Of a stretch of DNA of 62,756 bases, positions 54,761-62,756 are shown piece by piece. How positions within the stretch are numbered: the stretch's first letter is position 1; each line of letters opens with the position of its first letter. The notes beneath the pieces are model-generated. The model worked only from the letters and a program-made list of their open reading frames with translations. It was not told where the DNA came from and did not search any database. The position numbers were made by a program, and so were the translations under genes. This DNA comes from a virus (Duplodnaviria > Caudoviricetes), in IMG/VR virus record IMGVR_UViG_3300027869_000002, positions 1 through 62,756 of that record; one strand, 5' to 3'.

Positions 54761-55026
54761 TGTGAGTCCTTGAAATCGAACAGCAGCTTGGCGGCGTTGC
54801 GCGCGCGAGTGTAGGACGGAAAATCGAACTGCCGGCTGGCGATGTCACACTGAACCGCGAAGGCCTGCGTGACTCCTGCCGTTTTACCGTACGCTGGACA
54901 GCCCATGTAGAGGCGGTAAAACGTCTCCCAGGCGACGTGATTGAGCTGGGCGCGGTGCGCGAAGCCGTCGCCGGCAGGAGCTGCAGACAGGTGCAGGCCG
55001 AGAAGTAGGATGAACAGCAGCCGCAC
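54757..55026 (-). CDS. Secreted hypothetical protein
   Basis: Signal-peptide-like N-terminus. Confidence 0.55.
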   Translation of the reverse strand: MRLLFILLLGLHLSAAPAGDGFAHRAQLNHVAWETFYRLYMGCPAYGKTAGVTQAFAVQCDIASRQFDFPSYTRARNAAKLLFDFKDSQ

Positions 55027-55044
55027 GTTTACACGCTCACACGC

Positions 55045-55668
55045 TTATTGCGGGATCACCCCGAGAGACGCTGCGACAATCAACTGAACATCGAGCAGGT
55101 TACAGGCGCCGTCGCCGTTCACGTCCGCATTGGTGCAGGGCGATAGACCGAGAGCCTGTTGTGCCGCCAGGTTCACATCTAGCTGATTTACCAGCCCGTC
55201 ACCGTTTAGATCGTACCGAGATAGAACAACCACGCCTAAAGGGCTTCCTACGGCCACCGCCACAGCCGTGCCTGCAGGAGACGCACCCAATGCGGGAGCG
55301 GGAGTGTTGGGGAGCGAGATGGAATACGTTCCCGGAATGGTAGGCAGTCGGACGCTGTAGATGGCCACGACGCCAGGCGAAATGGTGTTTGAGTTCAGGC
55401 CAGCTTCGAGACACAGCGTTCCAGCAGAATTGCAGGAGAGTGTCTTCGCTGAGAGTGTAGCCGCGGGGCCCGGAGCAAAGGTCACCGTCGAACCGTTAGG
55501 CCCCGCGAAGTTCCACTCCAGGCCCGCAACGGCCGCTCCATTGTAATTCAGCGATACCTGGATGGTTGCGCCTTCCGGAGCTGAGGTTGTGGGGCAGGAA
55601 AGTGAAAGCGTGTTGGTCTGCGCGAACGCGCCGACGGTCAGAAGGAGGGCGAGAAGTAGTCGTTTCAA
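55045..55668 (-). CDS. Secreted cohesin-like plus dockerin (EF-hand pair) protein
   Basis: MKRLLLALLLTVGAFAQ leader; DLNGDGLVNQLDV and DVNGDGACNLLDV. Confidence 0.75.
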   Translation of the reverse strand: MKRLLLALLLTVGAFAQTNTLSLSCPTTSAPEGATIQVSLNYNGAAVAGLEWNFAGPNGSTVTFAPGPAATLSAKTLSCNSAGTLCLEAGLNSNTISPGVVAIYSVRLPTIPGTYSISLPNTPAPALGASPAGTAVAVAVGSPLGVVVLSRYDLNGDGLVNQLDVNLAAQQALGLSPCTNADVNGDGACNLLDVQLIVAASLGVIPQ

Positions 55669-56015
55669 GTGAGTCCTTTCGATTGGAGGCACCAGGGCTG
55701 ATAAGGCCCGAGCGGATAGAACGGGATGCCACCGTACGAGATGGCGAGATACAAAAGCTGCAGATCCACGATGTCGCACGCGCCGTTGCCGTCGAAGTCC
55801 GCGCTTGTGCACGGCGCCTGTCCCAGGATCTGGGCGAGCGCCAGGGTCACATCGTTCTGATCGAGCGCGCCGCTGCAATCGAGATCGAAAATGAACGGCG
55901 GGTGGCCGAGGAAGAAGCCGAGATCGGGAGGCGGCCCCAGGCCGGGAGGCGTGATTTGCGCGCACATGCCGGCGGCCAGCAGCACAAGCGCAAGAGCGAG
56001 CCGTCTCATATACAC
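55665..56015 (-). CDS. Secreted dockerin-domain protein
   Basis: Leader peptide; DLDCSGALDQNDV and DFDGNGACDIVDL. Confidence 0.75.
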   Translation of the reverse strand: MYMRRLALALVLLAAGMCAQITPPGLGPPPDLGFFLGHPPFIFDLDCSGALDQNDVTLALAQILGQAPCTSADFDGNGACDIVDLQLLYLAISYGGIPFYPLGPYQPWCLQSKGLT

Positions 56016-56467
56016 GTGAGGCTGGAGCCGTGTCGAACGATCAGCCCGGTATCGCTGGGATGCGCGAACCGCTCGTCATAGATGCGGTTCCAGCGCTCTT
56101 CATCGGGTGTCAGTTTCCGCCCGGCCTTCCCTGTTCGGCGACGATTGAGGAATGCCTCGGCTTGCTCGGGGGATACCGATGGGACACGAGCGGATGGTTT
56201 GATCGGAGCTGCTTTGGAATGCACCAGCCGTGTATATGCGCGCCGGGGTTTTCCAAGGCAAAACTTACCCGCCAGAAAATCGAGGGCTAGCTTCAAGCGC
56301 AGATTAACGCCTTTATCGCCGGGCAGCCGCCGCCAAAGGTGAGACAGATAAACCTTGGCAGTGCCCTCGCTGATTCCCAGCTCGCGAGCGATGGCTTTAT
56401 TGGGGAGCCCACGGGACAGGCATTCGACCAACTGCCATTCGCGAGGTGTGAGACCAACCGGCTCCAT
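56006..56467 (-). CDS. LuxR-type HTH regulator
   Basis: LTPREWQLVECLSRGLPNKAIARELGISEGTAKVYL. Confidence 0.85.
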   Translation of the reverse strand: MEPVGLTPREWQLVECLSRGLPNKAIARELGISEGTAKVYLSHLWRRLPGDKGVNLRLKLALDFLAGKFCLGKPRRAYTRLVHSKAAPIKPSARVPSVSPEQAEAFLNRRRTGKAGRKLTPDEERWNRIYDERFAHPSDTGLIVRHGSSLTCI

Positions 56468-56848
56468 TTACGCCGCCAGCAAACCCCGCGCCGGACTCAA
56501 CCGCCGCCATTCGCCCGCCGCATAGGCGCGCGCCAGCTTCCGCCGTTCGGCCCGCGGCATGATGTTCCACCAGCAGCGACGTCCGCCTACCGTTCGCTCG
56601 GTCGAGTTGCGCTTGTTCACCTGGGCCATGGCCGCGCGGAAGAGGAAGTGCCGGGCAAGCTGGCGTGTCTTGTCCATCGGCGCTTTGAGTTCCGGTGGAT
56701 CCGCACGGCGAACCTGCCGGTGGCGGCCGCGCAGCGCTTCCCGCACGCGCTTAAAAGGATTGGCCGCACCGAAGCGCGCGTGGCGGATGTTCTGCTCCTT
56801 CGCCTGGTGCTGGCGGTTCAGGAGTCGATCGAACAAGTCCATCATCAT
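56468..56848 (-). CDS. Basic hypothetical protein
   Basis: Abuts neighbours; Arg-rich. Confidence 0.5.
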   Translation of the reverse strand: MMMDLFDRLLNRQHQAKEQNIRHARFGAANPFKRVREALRGRHRQVRRADPPELKAPMDKTRQLARHFLFRAAMAQVNKRNSTERTVGGRRCWWNIMPRAERRKLARAYAAGEWRRLSPARGLLAA

Positions 56849-57940
56849 TTACTTCGGTCCTTTGATGCCCAGGTGATCGCACGGTGCGTCGGTGAGATCC
56901 TGTCTCACTCCCAGGTATCGTTCGGTGGTTTGAATCGACGAATGGCCCAGGCTGAGCTGGATTTGTCCTAACTCCGCCTTGCCGCCGTGCGCCAGTTTTG
57001 CAAACGTGCGCCGCAGATCGTGGGGCGCAAGGTGAGGAAGCGCCATCGCGCGGCCGTACGCGGCAACCAGGTCGTGGATGTTCTGGCCTACCAGCGGGCT
57101 CGATTGCAGCCGGCCGTGGTTATCGAGCGATCGGAAGACGCTGCCTGAGTTGCCCGCTCCAGAGAACTCTTGCCAGGCGTCGATCGCCAGCTTGGCCCAG
57201 TCCGGCATGGGCACGCTGCGGACGCGGTTCCCTTTGCCGCGAATGTCCAGGATCATCCAGCGCCCGTTGCGCTGCTGGATATCTACCCACTTCAGGTTTG
57301 CGGCTTCCGCGCGCCGCAGGCCTGCACCGATCAGTACGGCGAGGATCGCCCGATCGCGTACCCCCTTTAACGTCGAGGGGTCCGGAAGACCGAGGAGCTG
57401 CTCGGCCTGGTCCATGGTGAGCCAGGTGCCGGTGCGGACGCCTGAAGATTTCTCGCCTTTCACCCGGGCGATGCCGGCCGCCAGCTCGGGAGCGAGTAGT
57501 CCGTTGTCCGCAGCTTCCGCTGCCAGGCGCCGGACGGCCGTCAATTTCAGGTTCATTGAAGCAGGCGCCAGGCCCGAGGCCGCCAGGTGCCTTCCGTACC
57601 GCTGGACGAGCGCCTTCGAAAACGGTTCTCCTCGAGGGACCCACTCCAGGAAGCGCGATAGCGCCAGGTTATAGGCGCGCCGGCTTTGGGGTGAGCTGAG
57701 GGAATCGAGGACCAGTGCCTTGATGCGGTGCAGATCGAGGGGATCCGCCACCGGCTGGATTGCCGAGGGCGCCGGCACTATCGCCAGGTCCGCCGCGGCT
57801 GGCCGGGCCCGCTCGCTGATTTGGTTTTCGGTGGTAACGCCGGCGCCGCTCGCTGATTCCACAGAGGCGCGCTCGAGGTCCGGCTGGCTCAAAACCAAGG
57901 CCCCAGGAGCCAGAGAATGCGGAGTTGGAGGCGTTCCCAC
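56849..57940 (-). CDS. Tyrosine recombinase 1 (no arm-binding domain; resolvase-like)
   Basis: GLRRAE, GKGNRVR, HDLRRT, LGHSSIQTTERY catalytic motifs. Confidence 0.92.
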   Translation of the reverse strand: MGTPPTPHSLAPGALVLSQPDLERASVESASGAGVTTENQISERARPAAADLAIVPAPSAIQPVADPLDLHRIKALVLDSLSSPQSRRAYNLALSRFLEWVPRGEPFSKALVQRYGRHLAASGLAPASMNLKLTAVRRLAAEAADNGLLAPELAAGIARVKGEKSSGVRTGTWLTMDQAEQLLGLPDPSTLKGVRDRAILAVLIGAGLRRAEAANLKWVDIQQRNGRWMILDIRGKGNRVRSVPMPDWAKLAIDAWQEFSGAGNSGSVFRSLDNHGRLQSSPLVGQNIHDLVAAYGRAMALPHLAPHDLRRTFAKLAHGGKAELGQIQLSLGHSSIQTTERYLGVRQDLTDAPCDHLGIKGPK

Positions 57941-58092
57941 CAGGTGAACTGCCGCAATTTCGACATAAATAATGCAAACAGCCTGCTACGGGGCTATCGC
58001 CATGCAGCCATAGGACTTGGAGAATGGAAACGGGCTATTTTCGCGAAATGAACGCAGGCGGTTTTGAACGTTTTTCGAAATTTCGTTCATTC

Positions 58093-58128
58093 CCGTGCGT
58101 TTGATAATTCCCGTTAACACACGCACGG
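58093..58128. other. lox/dif-like recombination core site
   Basis: ccgtgcgtttgataa-ttcccg-ttaacacacgcacgg: 15-bp inverted arms (13/15) with a 6-bp spacer, upstream of recombinase 1. Confidence 0.6.
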
Positions 58129-58225
58129 CGCGAACTGCCGGCGGCCGGAAAGCGTCCTCGGGAAACCGCGGCCGGAACTTTCCGAAATCCCAACCGTGAC
58201 TTAAAGGTGACCAAAAGGTGACTGC

Positions 58226-58408
58226 TCAGGCTGCCCGGACCATGGCGTCCTTAGCGTGAGGCGCATTGTAAACCACGGTTCGGAACAGCCGCTCCCGGAT
58301 CAGCGCCTCAACCGCATCGAGCGTCTGGCAGTCCGGGCATTCTCCGCCCTGGCAGTCATGATCGAGCAGCAGCTGGAGATATTGCCGGATTTCAGACACC
58401 CTGGACAC
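58226..58408 (-). CDS. Small hypothetical protein
   Basis: HDCQGGECPDC cluster. Confidence 0.45.
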   Translation of the reverse strand: MSRVSEIRQYLQLLLDHDCQGGECPDCQTLDAVEALIRERLFRTVVYNAPHAKDAMVRAA

Positions 58409-58483
58409 CCGGTCGATCGGCGCCTGAATCGGGAGCGGGGCTAAAGGGGTGGGATAGCCGCTCGCTCGCCGGGCGCCCAGGTT

Positions 58484-58672
58484 TCAGTACAGTTTCAGTG
58501 CCAACGCCACCCGCGGGTCTTCGAAGCGGTGCAGATCGAGGCGCCGGTAGAGCGTCCGCAAACGCGCGCGCACGGTAGAGACGGACATGCCGAGCTCGCG
58601 CCCGATGCTCTCATTCGAACGCGCCTGTATGACCAGGCCGACGATGGCCGTTTCGCGTGGGGTCAGTTCCAT
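58484..58672 (-). CDS. Stand-alone LuxR-type HTH protein
   Basis: LTPRETAIVGLV...SNESIGRELGMSVSTVRARLRTLYRRL. Confidence 0.8.
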   Translation of the reverse strand: MELTPRETAIVGLVIQARSNESIGRELGMSVSTVRARLRTLYRRLDLHRFEDPRVALALKLY

Positions 58673-58897
58673 TTAGGATGGCACCACCACCACGGGCGGA
58701 AGCCCCATGCGCTCGCGGCAGACAGTCTCCTTGACGTAATGCACGGAGATGCGGCGCTCGAAGTCTGCCAGTTGCTCGGTCATTTTGGCGCTCAGCAGTG
58801 CGTTCGCGGCCGAGCTGCGGGCATTGTAAATGGTCCAGATACAGCTTGCGACCCAACCTAAAAGCAGCCCTGCGGCCGAAAACCATGCTGTATTCAT
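58673..58897 (-). CDS. Small membrane protein, possibly holin-like
   Basis: One TM helix and a short coiled coil. Confidence 0.6.
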   Translation of the reverse strand: MNTAWFSAAGLLLGWVASCIWTIYNARSSAANALLSAKMTEQLADFERRISVHYVKETVCRERMGLPPVVVVPS

Positions 58898-58915
58898 TAT
58901 GGACCTTCGCGTCTT

Positions 58916-59422
58916 TTATTTACCGACAGCCTTGGCAACGGCCGCGGCGCGGGCTTGGAGGGCGGGAGCCTGTTTCACGTCTGAAACTGTCACAACAGGA
59001 GGCGGAGCGGTGGGCGCGAAGAGTGCCAGCAACACCCGAATGCCGGCATCGGCCGCGGAGAGGTAGGTCTGGGCCTGGGGGGAGAAGTTCGAGATATTGA
59101 TGCCCGTCAAGCACGCGGTGCCCTTGATCGCTAGTTGGGTTCCGGTAGCGCCCGCGGCGATGGCTTGACTGGCGCACGCGAGACCGGTCGAGAAGTCACC
59201 GAGGCCGGCTTCCACCTCAGCCTTTACCGACGCCGACATGTTCGGCATCAGCGGGACGACGGCTTCACCGACGGCGATGCCTACCGTGATCTTCGCGATG
59301 ACATCGGAGGGTTGCGGAGGCGCCGGCGTTGCTCCGGTGGTTGCCGACTTCGCGCAACCGGCCATACCGACGATGAGGACCGCGGCGAGCGCGACGATTG
59401 TCAGGCGTTGGGAGAATTGCAT
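58916..59422 (-). CDS. Lipoprotein
   Basis: Signal peptide with lipobox MAGC. Confidence 0.7.
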   Translation of the reverse strand: MQFSQRLTIVALAAVLIVGMAGCAKSATTGATPAPPQPSDVIAKITVGIAVGEAVVPLMPNMSASVKAEVEAGLGDFSTGLACASQAIAAGATGTQLAIKGTACLTGINISNFSPQAQTYLSAADAGIRVLLALFAPTAPPPVVTVSDVKQAPALQARAAAVAKAVGK

Positions 59423-59455
59423 TTCTAAAAGTCCTTTTTTGAAAATGTGGGAATT

Positions 59456-59833
59456 TCAGGCCGCGCAGCTGTTCAAAACTTCGCGGTAAATGCGCCGGTT
59501 TCGGCGCCGGATGGGCTTGATGGTCCAGCAGCGATCGGGGTTGCCGGTCCAGTCCGTCTGGTCAACGGCGTGGTTATGTGACAGGCGCCGCGGGTTCCCC
59601 TGCTTCGCTTTCATGGCCAGATCGTCAGACGTGGCCGTGATGCGCAGCTCGACAATGCGCCGCTCGCCCTTGTTGCGCTTGCGCACGGCTTTCACGTTGG
59701 GCGCCTTCAGGAGCAACTGAACGCGAGATGGGTCGGCCAGCTCGATGAACCTATCCCCTTCAAACACAGGCACAAATCCAGCGGCAATCAGAATCGCCGA
59801 CATGCGCGGGCCTGGATAGGTGGAGACTGACAC
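59456..59833 (-). CDS. Basic hypothetical protein
   Basis: ORF in the late orientation. Confidence 0.55.
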   Translation of the reverse strand: MSVSTYPGPRMSAILIAAGFVPVFEGDRFIELADPSRVQLLLKAPNVKAVRKRNKGERRIVELRITATSDDLAMKAKQGNPRRLSHNHAVDQTDWTGNPDRCWTIKPIRRRNRRIYREVLNSCAA

Positions 59834-59895
59834 TTCGGGTGTAACGGGTGAAACCAGAGTGGATTGATGCGGGCGCTCTGCCGCCCAGCGCTGCC

Positions 59896-60342
59896 TTACG
59901 CCGCCTGCAATGCAGCTTCTGTCGGCCGGGGGATGGCCGTCAGGTGGCGTGAGCCTCGCCGCTCGTTGGTGGTATAGAGGCCCTTCTTGTCTTTCGGGTC
60001 GGGGAGCTGACTAGCAGCGATTTGGCAGCGGTCGAGAAACTCCGCGGCGCCCCACAATCGCTTCAGCTTTCGTTTACCGGCTAATGTTACTTCGCGCCGG
60101 AAGTCACACACTGAGATCAGGAGACGGGATTCCAACCCATCGATAAAGCCAGGATCGACGCCCCGCATGGAGGGGGGCAGCAGTTTCAAAAAATGCTCTC
60201 GCAGGTCTTCGAGCCGCTTGATTTTCGCCTGCCACGGGGCCAGGGCGATCGAAACCTCTTTGCTGAGGCGTGCCCATTCATCCACGGGATCTTCGAGACC
60301 CAGCGACTGAACGGTTACCTCGGGGGAGGGTGAGGCGGTCAT
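59896..60342 (-). CDS. Hypothetical protein
   Basis: ORF with N-terminal coiled coil. Confidence 0.6.
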   Translation of the reverse strand: MTASPSPEVTVQSLGLEDPVDEWARLSKEVSIALAPWQAKIKRLEDLREHFLKLLPPSMRGVDPGFIDGLESRLLISVCDFRREVTLAGKRKLKRLWGAAEFLDRCQIAASQLPDPKDKKGLYTTNERRGSRHLTAIPRPTEAALQAA

Positions 60343-60429
60343 TGTTCAGTCCGATTGTACGCAAAGGCACGGAGTCTGTAAATCGTCCCTGGGGCCTAAT
60401 GGAAGGGTATTAGGCTTCAAAGCCTAATT

Positions 60430-60523
60430 GATTTTGGAGCTTCGCGCGCCGCAATCGCTCGGTTTGTGGTTGCACCTGGTCACCGCTTGTCTGCCGCGCA
60501 CCTCCTACCGCAGGCCCGGCTGG
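60430..60523 (-). repeat. Repeat family copy E
   Basis: Reverse complement ccagccgggcctgcggtaggag...aggtgcaac...cgagcgatt...gcgaagctccaaaa, closest to copy B. Confidence 0.8.
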
Positions 60524-60928
60524 AGTGAGGAGTGACACTCCAGGCACGGCGTGCTGAGGACTACAATGGCAGTTTCGGTTGAAAGGAGGAGGGGTGGGCC
60601 AGTCAGAAGGATGGACTGGCCCGGGAATGCTCTATTCGCTACTCTCTCTGTTCATGCCGAATGTACCACATTCCGGCCCAGTTAGCAGCTTCCGACCGCC
60701 CCTCGCCCGCCTCGCTATGTTAGTGCACAGTTGCGCAATATGGCCGGGGCCAAAGAATTCTCTTGATTTTTCGAGGGTGGTGCGTTTATTCTACGAAACA
60801 GGTTTCGGGCGGTTGGGACGGTGCCGCTCCCTGGTACTCATACGGGGAAATCGGACACTACCCGGCCCAGCCGCTCGGCTCTTTAGTGAGAGCAGCAGCC
60901 TATGAGAGATGCAGGCCCAACCCGACCG

Positions 60929-61870
60929 CTACAATCCCACCTGCCCCGAACAATTGCCTACGAACGGATCGCTCTGCCGGACGTACCTGCGCAGGCTCGA
61001 AAGCGACCGGTGACCGGTGTGGCCGGCGATGGCGATCTCGTTCAAGCCGTGTTCAAAACAGCTCGTCACAAAGCCGCTTCTGAGAGAGTGCCCGCCGTAT
61101 TCCGCGGCGTTATATCCCAGGGCGCGCGCCCCGCGTTTGACGACGTACGCTATCGTAGATGGGTGCAATCGCCTGGTGAAGGCCTGCGATCCGAAGGCGG
61201 GAGTGAACAGCGGACCGGGGGAGCTACCGCGTTTTTTGAGCCAGGTTTCGATCGCACGGACCGGGCAGGTTTCCGGATGCTCACCTCTGGCGATGGCGAT
61301 CAATCGCCCCTTCCCCAGGCGGTCCTGTTTCTCGTTGCGGATCTCGATCAGCAGTCCGCGCTGCTCTACCGTTACGTCCGCCAAGTCCAGGCGACAGAGG
61401 CTGCGGCGGCGCAGTGCGGAGGCGAAGCCCAGGGTAAGAATAGCCCGATTTCTGGCTTTCAGGCTTTCCGGCCCGGCGACCGCATCGCACATCCGGCGCA
61501 GCAGATCGACCGTCACCGGCCGCTTCTGAGAGGGCCGCTGGCATCGAAGGCGCTGGGCACCTCGCAACAGCGCGCGGATCTCACCCGAGACGGGCGAGGG
61601 GAAGCCGCCCTGGATGTGTCTGTGGCGGATGGCGGTAAGGTATCGCCTGACCGTCGAAAGCTTCTTGGGCGCCACCAGCAGGCCCGTGAGGTACAGGACT
61701 ATCGTCTCGCCGGAGGCCGGCAGGCTCTCTCTCCCCAGGATCCGGCACCAGGAGTCAAACGACGCCCAATTAGCGGCGTAGAACTGGCGCGTCGAATCCG
61801 CGTAAGCGGCGCCGCGCATCATCACCTCGGCGGAGGCGAGCAGCAGCCGCTCGCATTCCTGGTCGAGCAT
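60929..61870 (-). CDS. Tyrosine recombinase 2 (Cre-like, no arm-binding domain)
   Basis: ALRRRS, KQD, CPVRA, GHSLRSG, TGHRS...RRY. Confidence 0.92.
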   Translation of the reverse strand: MLDQECERLLLASAEVMMRGAAYADSTRQFYAANWASFDSWCRILGRESLPASGETIVLYLTGLLVAPKKLSTVRRYLTAIRHRHIQGGFPSPVSGEIRALLRGAQRLRCQRPSQKRPVTVDLLRRMCDAVAGPESLKARNRAILTLGFASALRRRSLCRLDLADVTVEQRGLLIEIRNEKQDRLGKGRLIAIARGEHPETCPVRAIETWLKKRGSSPGPLFTPAFGSQAFTRRLHPSTIAYVVKRGARALGYNAAEYGGHSLRSGFVTSCFEHGLNEIAIAGHTGHRSLSSLRRYVRQSDPFVGNCSGQVGL

Positions 61871-62208
61871 AGTCTCGATGGTGGCGCGTGCTCGGGTTGG
61901 ATTGGTAGTCCCGTATGGGTTGGGAGGGGCCCAGAGGTCCCATTTCCCGCGATATTGGAACTACTATCGCAGGTTCCCGCTACCGTGGCTGCTCGCATGA
62001 GCCGCGGAAGATCCCCTCCATTAACTGACTTTTAACCTGTCGGCTGGATGTCTTCTTGGCAGGAGGGTAGCCAGCAAACAAGTCCATTATCAACGCGTTG
62101 GAGGTTACGGCTCTGTTCTATTTTCTACCAGAGTTTCCCGCCTTCGCGCAAGTCCTGCCAGCGAAATTATCAGAACGGCAACGTTCAGAAAAGAGGCAGC
62201 GATCCAGC

Positions 62209-62532
62209 ATGGAAAATCCGAGTGCTATTGAAAGCGTGCTGATGGCTTACATCGAGAAGCGCGCGGGGCGCCAATTCACCCGCATCCCGTTATGCCAGAT
62301 GGGACAGCACTGCCACCGAAGCGAGCGTATGGTGGGTCTCTACCTCAGCCGGCTGGAGGCCTCCGGCTTACTTGAACGCCAGATACCAGGCCAGCACAGC
62401 CACAAGCTTGGATGCCGCCTCACAGCCGCCGGTCGAGCGCATCTGGCGGCCATGTTTATGTCGCCTCATCGCCAGAATTATGAGGGTGCGCTCGTGCCTT
62501 CAGCGTCACACCGGCACGGAGGTGCCGCATGA
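62209..62532 (+). CDS. wHTH DNA-binding protein upstream of the replication gene
   Basis: MGQHCHRSERMVGLYLSRLEASGLLERQ...CRLTAAG; ATGA coupling to 62529. Confidence 0.65.
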   Translation: MENPSAIESVLMAYIEKRAGRQFTRIPLCQMGQHCHRSERMVGLYLSRLEASGLLERQIPGQHSHKLGCRLTAAGRAHLAAMFMSPHRQNYEGALVPSASHRHGGAA

Positions 62533-62756
62533 ACGCGCCCGAAGTTCAACCTACCGTGAAGATTCCGGACCGCCCGCCCGTTCTGTTTCCTTTGGAAGAA
62601 CTGCCCGAAGAAGCCGGGTATATCGAGGTGATCAAGAAGGAGTTCACGGCCCTCGGCCGCCGCGCGCATCCGATGGCCATCATCCTGATGCAGTTCATCG
62701 ACTCCCGCACCAGGTCTGCTCCCCTGCTCTACAACGGCAAGCGACCCACCCACGCC
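62529..62756 (+). CDS. N-terminus of the replication protein (continues at position 128)
   Basis: GGAGG RBS; MNAPEVQPTV...GRRAHPMAIILMQF is in frame with 44..1282. Confidence 0.8.
   Translation, partial: MNAPEVQPTVKIPDRPPVLFPLEELPEEAGYIEVIKKEFTALGRRAHPMAIILMQFIDSRTRSAPLLYNGKRPTHA

Overview
A complete, circular ~62.6-kb genome of a GC-rich tailed phage (the first 127 nt are repeated exactly at the end). It has an HK97-type head, a long non-contractile tail with a GTA-like tail tip (DUF2460/DUF2163/NlpC-P60/large tail protein), GH24 lysozyme, a ParB-fused DNA methyltransferase and two tyrosine recombinases lacking arm-binding domains. The host is probably Acidobacteriota (Bryobacteraceae-like); this is inferred from the dockerin/cohesin-type and coiled-coil genes. 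Early/replication genes lie at about 62.2 kb through 14.8 kb, and one long minus-strand late region spans about 60.3 to 15.0 kb. Main observations: (1) seven glycan-building enzyme genes (three GT2, a GT-D-like/methyltransferase fusion, two methyltransferases, a PIG-L deacetylase) sit between the capsid and neck genes. A G-S-P-P-(V) peptide motif occurs 12 times, with different codons, in six neck/tail proteins, suggesting a sequon-directed virion O-glycosylation system. (2) An unannotated family of seven ~95-bp repeats lies at gene junctions, two pairs forming long inverted arms around cargo. (3) A phage-encoded Hfq/Sm protein and about eight other small genes are inserted antisense at late-gene junctions. 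All product calls come from motif recognition by eye; no database searches were run.
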